A DNA stretch of 64,000 nt from a virus (Duplodnaviria > Caudoviricetes), in IMG/VR virus record IMGVR_UViG_2588253758_000006, one strand, 5' to 3'. Within the stretch, counting starts at the first letter, position 1. Every line of letters begins with the position of its first letter. The notes under the pieces are model-generated. The model ran no database searches and had not been told where the DNA came from. It saw only the letters and a list, made by a program, of their open reading frames with translations. A program made the position numbers and the translations under genes. This document shows, one piece after another, positions 18,577 through 29,957 of the stretch.

Positions 18577-21108
18577 AGCTCCACCGCATCAAGCGAGGTG
18601 CAACCAATTGCAACTTTGCCTTTGAGTTCGTATCTGAGCTTGTGTTCGATAGTGATTGCCTTTTGTGGATAGCCACATCCGAAATAACCACTCATCTTAT
18701 GCGGCACTGAACACGCCTTGATAAGCAGTTGTATTTGTCGAACAAGGTTCAACTGAGACTCCTTCTTCTTGTCGGCAATCGGGTTGAAATAGAAGTGCAG
18801 AATCTCGTGAAACTTTTCGAGGATAGTACGATAAACGGCTCGTTCACCATCGCTGGGCGTTACGGTGTAGTTGATAATCTCGTACTTCTCACCGGCAAAC
18901 TCTTTGAACTTGCGGGTGATGATGCTCTTTTCGATAAGTGCCGCCAAATGTTCTTGGTTGTAAACGTCTTGATTCTGCTTTTCGATACCAAATACTGAAG
19001 CCTTGCCCGGGCAGAAGCACGCTTTGAAGAGCACCGCACCACCACGAGCAGGGAACGGTTCACGGTAGCGATCATTGGTTTTGCTCTCAATCGCTCCATC
19101 TTTATTCTGGAAATAGACGTTGTAGGCGTTGCACATCATATTGACTGAGTTGTTGTAGAGCAGCTCAAATTGCGAGTACAATTCACCGATATTGTTTCGG
19201 GTGGTTGTTCCAGTTGCCAATAGTTTGAATTTAGCCCTGCGGAATATGTTGAGCGATTGCCGTGTGCGTTTGGCTGAGGGGTTAGTAATTTCGTCCGACT
19301 CATCAAACAAGAGGCATATTTTATTGGAGCGCACCTTCATAAACTCTTTGAGCGGCCCCACCAATTCGCTAATCATTGTCAGTGACAGCAGAATGAATGC
19401 TCCTTTGGGTACATTTACAAGGTGCTCGGGCTTGCTGGCGATGATGTATCTCTCGCCGTGCCGTTGCAGAAATGGCTCCCACGTTAGGTGAATGGCGATT
19501 GCAGGAGCGAGAATAACCGTGTTTTTGGTGTGTGGCTCTCGGTGCTTGCCGTAATGATATGCTACTGCCGTTTTACCTGAGCCCTGTTGCCAGTTCAAAA
19601 GAGCGTATCGTTTCTGAAACACCAACCCCATATCGTGCTGTTGCAGCTCGGTGAAGCTGCACGCCTGCATATCTTTATTGTAGAATGTAAGCGACTGAAT
19701 CTTAGTATCCAACGCCTCATCACGCTGCATCGTCTCAAAACTTCTCGATTGCAGTTTATATTCATTTCGTTTGCGTTCGATAAACCGCTCGACAGCGACA
19801 TATTGTCGTCGGAGTTTGGCAGTCATCTTTTCGGGACGTGGCAACTTCGCCCCAACGGATAAAATATCGTTCAGTGATACGGATTTTACAGCTACCTTAT
19901 CCAATAGATGCGGTGCATAGCCCTTCAACTTGAAGCCATTTTGCGTCTTGACTAATGCTATCTCTTTGCGGTGTACGACATTCTGATTTTTGATATATCG
20001 TTTGAGCACCGCAAGCACCTTGTTGTAGGTGAGTTTACGCTTCTCCCACGCCTTGTGCTCATCGAGGGTGCACCCTTCGGGCGGTCGCTGGTTACGGAAC
20101 TTAGCAACGAGGGCGAGAGCCTTGTCGTAATGCTTTTCGAGTGACTTGTGGGTTTTGATTTCGTAGAGATATTTTTTGAGTTTATATTCAAACTCTCGGC
20201 TTTCGGCTGAAATCTCCTCTTTGGTCTCCTGTCTGATTTGTAGTTTGGACTCCTCGGTAATTCCCTTAGCTTGGGCAATACGAGTGGTTAGTTTCTCCAT
20301 CGAGACAAACTCCTCAGCGTTGTAGGGATTCATCTCGATGTTTTTCGACTCCCGCATAAAGACCATAATTTTGGTCTCGAACTTCTCAACGCCTACGCTT
20401 TTGAAAGCATCGGCAGCAAGTTTGGTCTGCCCGATAAACGAGAAGTCACGGTTCATTGCATTGACCTTTGGCCGCTGCCAGAACTCGTTTTGCAGGAACG
20501 ACACCGGCACAATCATCATCAGTAGCCCCGATGGTTTGAGCATCCAGTACGCCTTGTTGCAGTAGTAAAACTGGGATTGAATGCCGTCAAAGTCGAGGTT
20601 GAACGGTGGGTTGCCGATTACGATGTCAAAACGCTCTTCTGGGTTGTGGGTACAGAGGTTGGCGACTTGGATATTTGCATTGGGATAGAGATATTTGGCC
20701 ACCCGCACCGCATCCGGGTCAATGTCGAACCCATAAACGTTGTGTTGGTTTGGCAGGAAGTTGAAAAAGTTACCCATTCCACAACACATATCCATCACCA
20801 TCTCATTCGGCTGCGGTTTAATCGCTTCGACCATCTGGCTACATATTTCGTGTGGTGTGAAGAACTGACCCATCTCCGCCTCACGTTTCGCCTGTGCAAA
20901 GTCGTGGTAAGATGAGAAGTCCGCCTGCTTCAACTCGTGCAGACCTCCGATGCCTGTATATTGATTGTAAACCTCTTCGGCAGAGATAGCTCCGTTGCCG
21001 CTCTCGATGGCTGAGAGTATCTTCGCATTGACCTCCTTTCGCTTGGACTGCGATATTTGTTGTGGAATTATTTGATACATTGTATGTTTCTATTTTATTG
21101 GTTAGGGG

Positions 21109-21405
21109 CTACATAGAGGCTATGTAGCCAAACTCATTGATTTCTTGTTGGTTCTGCTCGTTGAAAGCATCGGTTTTGTAGAATGGTACGCTGCTCGAAG
21201 CGTATTTGTCGGTCATCTCTCGTTTGAAGCAGTTGAAGTGGTCTATCAATTTTTCATCATCTCGATAGCTCTCCAGCAGGTTGATTGCATCGACTACATC
21301 GCCGTCAAGGTTCACACGGCTATTGCCGTAATCTTTGGCGTATTGCTTAAATCCTCTCGCCCCTATGATTTTGGCGACACCTTCTAATGTGGTTACTTTT
21401 TTCAT
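21109..21405 (-). CDS. Hypothetical protein
   Basis: Start MKKVTTL at 21405, just after the upstream stop. Confidence 0.6.
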   Translation of the reverse strand: MKKVTTLEGVAKIIGARGFKQYAKDYGNSRVNLDGDVVDAINLLESYRDDEKLIDHFNCFKREMTDKYASSSVPFYKTDAFNEQNQQEINEFGYIASM

Positions 21406-21407
21406 GG

Positions 21408-21704
21408 CTATTCTGCGTCTGGTAGGTCTTCGTAATAAGGTATTTTGAAGTGAATGACGGCAGATTCCAACTCTGCCCACCATATTTCATAATAGGTCTC
21501 ATCGTTGATGTTGATGCCCTCTAAGTTTCTCTCTCGCACTATCTGTTTTGTGGCGTTATCGGTGAGGTTGATGATATTTTGCATCGTCTCATCGCTCACC
21601 CCATCGGTGCAGAATGGACATGGTAAACTCTCTAATTCACCTCGTGTAATGGAGCTTTTCCCGCAGGTAAACTCTTTGTCGTAGTATTCTTGGTTCTGTT
21701 CCAT
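21408..21704 (-). CDS. Hypothetical protein
   Basis: 98 aa; operon-like spacing after the recombinase. Confidence 0.65.
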   Translation of the reverse strand: MEQNQEYYDKEFTCGKSSITRGELESLPCPFCTDGVSDETMQNIINLTDNATKQIVRERNLEGININDETYYEIWWAELESAVIHFKIPYYEDLPDAE

Positions 21705-21707
21705 ATT

Positions 21708-22298
21708 TTAGAATTTTATCGAGTTAAAAACTTTGTCTATCTCGGCTTGTCGCAGACCGATGTAGACCTTTGTAATATCTATGCTTGAGTGCCTGAAGAT
21801 CGAGTTAAGCAATATCAGCGACTCGGCACTCCGTCCGTTGCTCTCGTAGACATACCGCCCGAATGTCTTGCGGAAAGTGTGGGTCGAGAATGCCTTGATA
21901 GGTAGTCGGTAACGCACTTTGAACCCTTTGAGCAGTCGGTTGATGTACTCTAAAGAATAGGCTGATTTGGTTTTGGGGTTTAAAAAAGGCGAACCTTTTT
22001 TGTTAGGTTCGCCTTGCAATTCGTATAACTCTTTGATTTTATGCTGGACTGAGGGGTTGAATGTGATCCGCCGTCCTTTTTGCGTTTTCCGCTCGGTTTT
22101 GTCGAGAAACTCCCGGTCGAGAATATCCTCCCACGTGAGCGTCAACACATCCGAAGCCCTCAGAGCAGTGCAGAACGACAACCTGCAATAGAGCTCCCAC
22201 ATATATAATTTGTCAGCATGAAGTCCATCTACCAAGCGATTAAACTCTGCAATTGGCAGATAGTCCGCCGTTGTTAGTTTTCCTTTTTCTCTGCTCAT
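21708..22298 (-). CDS. Small tyrosine recombinase (catalytic domain only, resolvase-like)
   Basis: TALRASD, ERKTQK, STHTFRKTFG, FRHSSIDITKVYIG motifs. Confidence 0.92.
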   Translation of the reverse strand: MSREKGKLTTADYLPIAEFNRLVDGLHADKLYMWELYCRLSFCTALRASDVLTLTWEDILDREFLDKTERKTQKGRRITFNPSVQHKIKELYELQGEPNKKGSPFLNPKTKSAYSLEYINRLLKGFKVRYRLPIKAFSTHTFRKTFGRYVYESNGRSAESLILLNSIFRHSSIDITKVYIGLRQAEIDKVFNSIKF

Positions 22299-22307
22299 TT
22301 GGTAACC

Positions 22308-22395
22308 TTATAATAAGTTGTCGTTCGGAATCTCCTCTCCGGTGTAGGGGTTGTAGACCTCGCAGGAGGCAAGGCACTCAGCTTCGATACCGAAA
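22308..22395 (-). pseudogene. 3' remnant of a gene cut by IS3
   Basis: Open frame FGIEAECLASCEVYNPYTGEEIPNDNLL* runs from the IS end to just before the recombinase start. Confidence 0.55.
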
Positions 22396-23736
22396 TATAA
22401 TACTCCCCAAAAATAGGACAGCAGTTTAAGCTATAATTTGGTTATCTTTGGTCTCATAAAAAATGAGACAAACTATGAGGAAAAAGATTTCGGCAGAGAC
22501 CAAAGCGGCAGTAGCCTTGGAAGCTATCAAGGGCTTGAAGACAGTCAATGAGATTGCTTCGATTTATGAAGTTCATCCGACGCAGGTTGGGGTATGGAAG
22601 AAGCAGTTCAAGGAGGGAGCGACCGCCATTTTCTCGACTGACAAGGAGCGTAAAGTCAAGTCTGATGAGCAGGTAGAGAACAATCTTTATCGCAAGATTG
22701 GTCAGCTTGAGATAGAGAACGAGTTCTTAAAAAAAAAGTGGGAGCTACTCAAATCCCGTTAGCCGAGCGTAGAGAGATGGTAGAAAAGAATCATCCTCGG
22801 CTGAGTTTAGTTCAGCAGTGCATATTGCTAAACATTTGCCGCAGTGGCATATACTATGCGAGCAAAGGAAGAGCAAGTGCAGATGAGCTTGCTGTTAAAG
22901 CAGAGATAGACCGCACCTATACCAAAATGCCTTTCTATGGTGTCGAGCGGATGACTGAACACTTGCGAAAGAAGGGTTTTACGATAAGCCCTAAGCGAGT
23001 GCGTCGTTACTTTCGGGATATGTGCATCAGTGCTATCTACCCCAAGCCTAACACCACGTGGCATAATAAGGAGCATAAGATATACCCCTATCTATTGCGA
23101 GGATTAACTATTGACAGGGTAAATCAGGTTTGGAGTACCGACATCACCTATATCCCAATGAATGGAGGTTATATGTACCTGTGCGCCATCATTGATTGGC
23201 ATTCGCGCTTTGTGTTGGCTTGGGGGATAAGCAATACTCACGATAGCGAGTTCTGCCAAGAGTTGCTCAAAGAGGCTATTGCCAGATACGGCAAGCCGGA
23301 GATATTCAACACCGACCAAGGGAGTGAGTTCACGGCCAAGGAGTTCGTTAAGATACTTGAAGAAAATGAGATACAGATAAGTATGGACGGTAAAGGTAGG
23401 GCTTTGGATAATATTTTTGTCGAAAGGTTGTGGCGCAGCGTAAAATATGAGTATATTTACCTGTCGAACCCCGGCAGCGGCAAAGAGTTATATGATGGCT
23501 TGACTGACTATTTTCGTCTTTACAACACCGAAAGGCTACATCAATCGCTTGAATACAAGACTCCGAGTGAGGTCTATATGACGGCGGCATAGAAAAAGTT
23601 TGTTTCATTTCGTTGCCCTTAAGGGCAACGAAATGAAACAAACACTAAAACAACAACTAACAATAACCCGAGAGCAAAGAAACAAATACTATCTTAAGCA
23701 GATACAAAAACTGTCCGAATAGAGGGAAGTATTATA
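22396..23736 (+). mobile_element. IS3-family element, copy 1 (1341 bp, no TSD)
   Basis: IRs TATAATACTCCCCAAAAATAGGACAG / TATAATACTTCCCTCTATTCGGACAG; same length as copy 2. Confidence 0.95.
22463..23592 (+). CDS. IS3 transposase OrfA/OrfB joined by programmed -1 frameshift
   Basis: HTH OrfA 22463-22762; A9G run at 22729-22738; OrfB DDE motifs WSTDITY, NTDQGSEF, DNIFVERLW. Confidence 0.95.
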
Positions 23737-23843
23737 GATAATCTCTTCGTCGTCAGGGTTCGGGAAAGCGAACTACGGAATGATTAGGGCGAGGAGCTGG
23801 CGAAGTACGGCATCAAAATAAAGATTATATAAAATAGTTCCCC

Positions 23844-24764
23844 ATGAACCAAAACGACCTACAAGCATACATTGATGTTCGCATTCAGCAAGATGGCGGA
23901 CAGATGCCCACTATGGAGAAACTTAACAGTTATGTCGCAGAGTTTGTGCAGGCGATGAATAGCTCTGCAAAGGCTCGATTTGAGGGGCTGTCGTCCCAGC
24001 AAATGTTCGAGGCGATACATCGCCCTTTTGGAGAGCAATCGCCCGTACAATTCAATAAACTGACTGACAATGAGTGTAACCTCTCTCCGATACTGCGTCA
24101 GGCAAAGTTGCTCCTAAAGTGTATCGAAGAAGCAGGTGAACTTAAACTGACCGCTATTGGCAATTTGCCGCCCAAAATAGTCAAAGAGATATACCCGCTC
24201 GGCATTGGCGATTGGTATATTGATGCTGGTATGGGCAAACTCTCGAAAGAGACCGATTCAATGTGCGTGCACTTGACAAGGATAACTCTTGAGATTGCAG
24301 GCATAATCAAAAAACGCAATAACAAGCTGTCGCTCACTGCCACAGGTAAGAAACTGATGGCTGATGACTACGCACTCTTTAGTAAGATGTTCACTGCCTA
24401 CTTTGAAAAATTCAACTGGGAGTATTTGGATAGATATGAATTTGATAATTTGGGGAGATTTGCCGTTGCATTTACCTTTGTGTTGCTGGCCAAATATGGC
24501 GATGAGCGGAAGTTAGGAAGCTTTTATGCAGATAAATTCTTTGCTGCTTTCCCAAGTTTGATAGAAGATTACGAATGCGGTAGCGAGTATAATAGTACGG
24601 ACAGCTATCTGTCAAGCTGCTATCGACATAGACTGTTCGAGTATTCATTAAACTTTTGGGGTCTTATCAACTACGTTCACCAAGAGAATACGCCAAACTT
24701 TTGGATTACTAAAACAGAACTTTTTGACAGACTCATCAAATTTATCCCAACACCAAGCAAATAG
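23844..24764 (+). CDS. Hypothetical protein
   Basis: 306-aa ORF (FEGLSS.QM, LKLTAIGNLP motifs); function not recognised. Confidence 0.8.
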   Translation: MNQNDLQAYIDVRIQQDGGQMPTMEKLNSYVAEFVQAMNSSAKARFEGLSSQQMFEAIHRPFGEQSPVQFNKLTDNECNLSPILRQAKLLLKCIEEAGELKLTAIGNLPPKIVKEIYPLGIGDWYIDAGMGKLSKETDSMCVHLTRITLEIAGIIKKRNNKLSLTATGKKLMADDYALFSKMFTAYFEKFNWEYLDRYEFDNLGRFAVAFTFVLLAKYGDERKLGSFYADKFFAAFPSLIEDYECGSEYNSTDSYLSSCYRHRLFEYSLNFWGLINYVHQENTPNFWITKTELFDRLIKFIPTPSK

Positions 24765-24955
24765 AGGTAATAATAGAATCTCTTGATCAATTGAATAACT
24801 TTTCTCAAAGCGTTATTCATTTACTCTGTTGTTGCCAAGAACTCCGTTGATGTCCAGAGATGTCGGCCTTGAGGGATGTAACGATTCGTAACACCCTTGA
24901 TGGTTGAGCGTTGTTTAAGGGGGAGAAAGCTAACTACGGTGAATTACCGTATTAG

Positions 24956-25288
24956 CCCAACTTCAACGATGTATGTAGCCTAAGTGGCTGTTCCAATCGA
25001 TTTTAGCTTTAGTGGATTTTCTCGTGGGTACTACAAATTTTATTATTTTCTAGAAAAACGCTGATTTTTGTGGAAGAAATCTTGAAACCACGCTCAGAAC
25101 ACTTGCGAAAAGAGTTAATACACATCCGCTATAAAGGTAAGCATAAAAATTTTAACTCGTGGGTATTACAAATCGTTTCTGAACAATCTACGAAAAAGTC
25201 ATCATTGAGAATCAAAGGGATGCATCACTAACTCAACAAGAATCGCCCCGAAAATTCATTGAAAAAAGTTCTGAGCGTTGAAGTTGGG
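24956..25288. mobile_element. MITE, non-autonomous IS1634-type element (333 bp)
   Basis: 13-bp IRs CCCAACTTCAACG identical to the IS1634 copies; TTAG TSD; subterminal CGTGGGTA(C/T)TACA boxes. Confidence 0.9.
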
Positions 25289-25605
25289 TTAGGTATGACG
25301 AGAGATGCTATGTGGGGTTTGGTGGATTTGCCGAGAAGATAAGAGCTGATATCAACAATCTTTATATCAGGTGTGAATAGGTGTCCAGAGACGTGACACC
25401 TTGGCCGGTTGGGGATTTTGCATAGAAGAGGTAAACCGATAACTGCATTTTAGTCGTCAGGTTTGGTGTTGATAGCTATGGGGTAGTTTGAAACTACCTC
25501 ATAAATTTAGTGGCTATGGCACTGCTTGTTGAAGCAGGTATCTCACTATCCGATTTTCGGATAGTGCACTACAATCCTATGTGCAAAGGTAAGTAATTGT
25601 TAATC

Positions 25606-25635
25606 AATCGAGAGGTGCATTCACCTCTCGATTTT
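25606..25635. terminator. Hairpin/terminator
   Basis: AATCGAGAGGTG-CATT-CACCTCTCGATT followed by T tract. Confidence 0.55.
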
Positions 25636-25845
25636 GTATTTGTAATTCACTGATAATGACTAAAGCGGGATTATCTCACCTTGGTGTGATTTAGTGCACA
25701 TATAATCAGAAGATAGGTCAAATTAGATTTATTTCAAAATTGGGAATCACATTTCCAATTAATTGTAAAACAATAATTTAGCAATATAAGATAAGAAAAA
25801 TGACGCAAAAATAAACTTTTTACACCGTGTCTACCTACTCTTTTT

Positions 25846-26148
25846 ATGAACTTTAAAAAACCAGTAGTCATGGAAATAGTATGTGTAGATGCACGCAAAA
25901 TTGTGAATCTTAAATCAAAATTAGAGTCCCTCAAAGCACAGGCACAGCAACTGCAAGTGTGCAAAAGAGACAAATCAACAATCGATTGGATAGATGGACA
26001 GGAGGTGATGGCTATTCTTAACATCAGTCCAAGGACGTTGCAAACCTATCGAGATAATGGAATGTTACCGTTTTCGCAAATTGGAGCAAAGTTCTATTAC
26101 AAACCCTCGGACGTTGAGTTGATTCTAAAAACAGCAAAAATTAAATAG
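25846..26148 (+). CDS. HTH_17 excisionase-like protein
   Basis: WIDGQEVMAILNISPRTLQTYRDNGMLPFSQIG motif. Confidence 0.9.
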   Translation: MNFKKPVVMEIVCVDARKIVNLKSKLESLKAQAQQLQVCKRDKSTIDWIDGQEVMAILNISPRTLQTYRDNGMLPFSQIGAKFYYKPSDVELILKTAKIK

Positions 26149-26150
26149 CT

Positions 26151-26450
26151 ATGGAAAATCTTTCAAAAGAGCACAACGTTCAATTGATTGAAATATCAGA
26201 AGCCATCGACCAGATTAACGAGTTGCTTTTTGAGGCAGTCAATCAAAATCGCCCACTACTGAGGGGAGATATTTTTATTAGTGATGCCGAGCTTTCGGAG
26301 ATTCTCAAAGTAAGTCGCCGCACTCTTCAACTGTGGCGAAATGAGGGAAAAATTTCATATTTAATGCTCGGTGGGAAGGTGCTTTACCGTGAATCAGATG
26401 TTCAGGCGATGCTTGATGCCCATTATTGCAAAGCGTTTTATGAGTGCTGA
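26151..26450 (+). CDS. HTH_17 excisionase-like protein
   Basis: FISDAELSEILKVSRRTLQLWRNEG...VLYRESDV motif. Confidence 0.9.
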   Translation: MENLSKEHNVQLIEISEAIDQINELLFEAVNQNRPLLRGDIFISDAELSEILKVSRRTLQLWRNEGKISYLMLGGKVLYRESDVQAMLDAHYCKAFYEC

Positions 26451-27605
26451 GAGTAGAAAACAACAGAGCTCTCTCCAATCAAAGGAAAGAGCTCTGATTC
26501 TATTATCTCGTGCTGGATTACAAGTTAGCCATCTTCTTTTCGACATGAGCCATATCTTGCATTATTGAGCTGTCGAGCACCTTGGCGTAGTGTTGAGTCA
26601 TCTTTGTTGAGGAGTGCCCCAAGATTTTAGATACGTTCTCCATTCTGACATTATTGGCAAGCATCACCGTAGTGGCACAGGTGTGCCGGGCGACGTGTGT
26701 CGAGAGCCGCTTTTTTATCTCGCATAAATCGGCTATCTCTTTCAGGTAGGCATTCATATTCTGATTTGCCATTACGGGCAATAAGACCCCCTTTTTGAGG
26801 CACTGAGGGTGGTTGCTGTAACGTTCGATTATCTCTTGAGCTTTTGACAGCACCGGGATATTACACATAGTGCCGGTCTTTTGTCTGTTTTTACGAATCC
26901 ATGTTGCACCATTCACATCTGTGGTGATGTGGCTATGCGTTAATTGCTGAACATCAATGAAGGCTAAACCCGTATAGCAACAAAATACGAATACATCGCG
27001 CACTTGGGCAAGGCGTGTCAGAGTAATCTCCTTGTTGATGATGCGTTGCAACTCCTCGTTGGTCAGGAATTCTACGTTAACCTCCTCGTGCTTGAACTGA
27101 ATGCCATAGAATGGGTCTTTCTTCATCCATTCATTAACCAAAGCAATACGCACAATCTTCTTCAGATTTTTCAGGTGTTTGATAGTTGAGTTCTGTTTGC
27201 ATTTGTGGACTGTCTTTAGAAAAAAGTCCAACCCGCGAACAAACTCTCCATTTACCTGCGATAGTGGCAGGTCATCTTTATGGTAGTGGTGCGTGACGAA
27301 CTCTTTGAGATGGTGTAACGAAGTGTCAAATTTCTCAACAGTAGATTGCGTAAAGTCAATTCCGATGAGGGCTCGGCACTTCTCATTGTGTTCGGCATAG
27401 ATACTACAGATGGTTTTCTCGGGTGCACTCTCCGCATCGTTACCGTAGTAGCGATTACGGACAGTTTCAAGTGTAACCACCTTCTTCTCTTCCATTAGCT
27501 CTCGTTGGATTTGGAAGATGCGTGTTTTTGTCGAGTCAAGGAAGTAGTTCAGTTCTTTGGCTGCATGATCCTTGCCTCGACTGCACTCTTTGGCTTGGTT
27601 CCAAA

Positions 27606-29757
27606 CCCAACTTCAACGTAATATGTATGCAAATCCTCTGTTCTTTAAGCCTTATCTGTTTTTGGCTTTCTGCGTGGGTACTACAGATTTTTCAATTCGG
27701 AGGTGGTGGTGCAGTTTTGATTGTGTGTCGTCTAAATGGTATGGGGTTGTATCCGAGGATTCGATATAGTTCCGAGGCGGCATCTGTGGGGTCCGAACAG
27801 ATGCGTAGTTCTATTTGTTCTCCGAGTGCGTTTTCTGCTTTGGTGGTAATAGCCTTTTGGGTGGATAGAATGCGCTTTAATTCAGTCCAGTAATGAGTTA
27901 TGCCTTGTAACTTTAGTTTGTGTCGAACTGTGTTTACAATCCAGTATGATAGTAGTCCGAAGAATAGATGGGCATCGGAGTTGTTATCTGTCTGATGGTA
28001 GATGGGGCGCAATTCCAGGTCTGTTTTGAGTTGCCGGTTTGATGTCTCTATCTCTCTAATCAAGTTATAGTACTCCCACGTAGTTCGCTCGTCAAGGGTG
28101 GCTATGTTGGTGCGCAGGAAGTATGTGCCAAAGCGTTGCTCAGTCTCTTCTTGGCTGATTTTGATTTGCCAGCGGATATCTGACATGTGTTCGGGATTCT
28201 CACCCGAGCGGATGTAGTCTATTTGGTAATACTTGGATACAGAGGGGTATTTACCGAGTGCACGTCCAACACGCTCCACCACCTTGTCGTATCTCTTTGT
28301 GCCTCCTTTTGCCGTAAGAGCGTTGCGTGCCTTTGTGAGTTCAAGCTCGAAACGCTCTCGCCACTGTTGGTTCATGGAATGTTCGGTCATTGCTTTGGCG
28401 GGGGAGGTAATGCGAAGGTAGAAGTCGCCTCCCTCCCGGTGCTCGACTTGGGCTATAGTAATGGGACGCTTGCGACTATCAAATACCGTAACAGAGCGAC
28501 CTTCCTCTTTGAGAGTATAATCTTTGAGCTTGGTTCTGCTGACACAAAGGTAATTATATCCTCGTTCTTTGAGCAATCCGAGATTGGCTTCCGTGGCTAT
28601 TCCTGCATCGATGACCACCATAACTTTCTGTTGGGGGTTTGTCGAGACCGGATTCTTCGAGATAATGCCCTCCACCATCGCCGGTAGTGAATCGGGGTCG
28701 GCTGTGTTGCCGGCAAGGATTGAACTGTATCGGATAAAGCCTTCAGTATTGATTGCCAAGGCGAGGACAAGAAGGCGACAGTCTGAGCGTTTCTCCTTCG
28801 AGCGACCAAACTTTGCCTTCTTTGAGCCTGTCTTGCTACCCTCGAAATAGAAGTTGGTCAAATCGAAGAGCATCACCCGGTTAGTGAGATTAAACAACGA
28901 GTCGGTGCGAGAGCACAGATGACGCTCTAGCTTGTCTTTCAAGGCATAAAGCGATGGAGCAGCCGCATATACCTCGCGCTGAGTCGGGCAGTCGCCAAAC
29001 TGACCCGTCAGAAGCTCCATTGCGGCAGAATTCTCGTCGAGTATACGTAGTGCCGCCCATTCCGATGGGGAATATACAGTCCGGATAATCAAGGATGCCA
29101 GTGTAGAATTTATCTTACGCTCCGACCATCCTTCGCGTCGCAGAAATGTGTCGAGCTGTAGTTCGCGTATCGCCTGAAGGCATACATTCTCTGCACCTGC
29201 CTCACGTGCATCTGTATGCTGTATTGTGTTGACATCTATTAATTTGCGGGCTTTGCGTTCTGCCTCATCATAACTTGCCCGTGCGGAATCAATCTTGCCG
29301 CTACCCTTTATCTGACTCCAAAACTTCTCGATGTATCCACGAACCTTTTCACTGTACTCTCCTCTGGGATCGGCAGTAAACATCGCCTGCTGAGCTGGGA
29401 TATACGCACTCTGCTCCATCATATAGGTCAGACCGCGGCGAATCTGCACAATCTCATCGCTACACAAATCGGGAAGGTAACCCGGAGTCAACATTACACG
29501 GGTATGCACACGTCCTATAACGTCACGGAAGGACTCCTTGATTTTATAATAAGGGAGTTCCCTGCCGTGCTCGGGGCTCAAGCGTATGTTCGATGTGAAG
29601 TACATGCCCGCTAAGGTACAACATAAAATTTACTCCCGTGGGTATTACAAAGCACTTCACCAAATAAGCATCTTCTGAAAATCAACTCAATAGTATGAAA
29701 TCACCCCCGTTTTTGAGCAAAAAAACACCGAAAAAACTTTTTGGCGTTGAAGTTGGG
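27606..29757 (-). mobile_element. IS1634-family element, copy 1 (2152 bp)
   Basis: IRs CCCAACTTCAACG; 4-bp TSD CAAA. Confidence 0.92.
27692..29605 (-). CDS. IS1634-family transposase
   Basis: LFDLTNFYFEG, FGRSKEKRSD, VIDAGI, IE...RQLKTDLELRPIYH motifs. Confidence 0.92.
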   Translation of the reverse strand: MYFTSNIRLSPEHGRELPYYKIKESFRDVIGRVHTRVMLTPGYLPDLCSDEIVQIRRGLTYMMEQSAYIPAQQAMFTADPRGEYSEKVRGYIEKFWSQIKGSGKIDSARASYDEAERKARKLIDVNTIQHTDAREAGAENVCLQAIRELQLDTFLRREGWSERKINSTLASLIIRTVYSPSEWAALRILDENSAAMELLTGQFGDCPTQREVYAAAPSLYALKDKLERHLCSRTDSLFNLTNRVMLFDLTNFYFEGSKTGSKKAKFGRSKEKRSDCRLLVLALAINTEGFIRYSSILAGNTADPDSLPAMVEGIISKNPVSTNPQQKVMVVIDAGIATEANLGLLKERGYNYLCVSRTKLKDYTLKEEGRSVTVFDSRKRPITIAQVEHREGGDFYLRITSPAKAMTEHSMNQQWRERFELELTKARNALTAKGGTKRYDKVVERVGRALGKYPSVSKYYQIDYIRSGENPEHMSDIRWQIKISQEETEQRFGTYFLRTNIATLDERTTWEYYNLIREIETSNRQLKTDLELRPIYHQTDNNSDAHLFFGLLSYWIVNTVRHKLKLQGITHYWTELKRILSTQKAITTKAENALGEQIELRICSDPTDAASELYRILGYNPIPFRRHTIKTAPPPPN

Positions 29758-29957
29758 CAAAGAGATATTTCGATACTACGTTTAATCATAATATCACTTC
29801 GTTGCCCTTTGATGGTGATACGCATGGCGATAGGAGCTTCGCCATTTTTGAGTAGTCTTGTCTTTTTGATTAGGAACAAGACGTTGAATGTTGATTTACC
29901 ATTTTGATTCATAGCGGTCATTGTTTATAGTTTTTTTTAAGTCGATTTCAAACTCTA

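Larger units (their letters stand above)
16605..21080 (-). pseudogene. N6-adenine methylase-SNF2 helicase fusion (~998 aa) split by IS256
   Basis: GQFFTP, DMCCGMGNF, GNPPF, QQGSGKT, LFDESDE and ATGT motifs; joins in frame as SLDAVE|LYTDF after IS removal. Confidence 0.9.
26518..29921 (-). pseudogene. Integrase (~415 aa) split by IS1634
   Basis: N-part 29921-29758 (arm domain) rejoins as IEISL|WNQAKEC; C-part has STHVARHT and ILGHSSTKMTQHYA. Confidence 0.92.

Noticed and set aside
21107-21129. GGCTACATA/TATGTAGCC hairpin resembling the centre of the 52-bp palindrome
   Set aside because: Short match with a different spacer, inside a gene end; cannot be separated from coincidence
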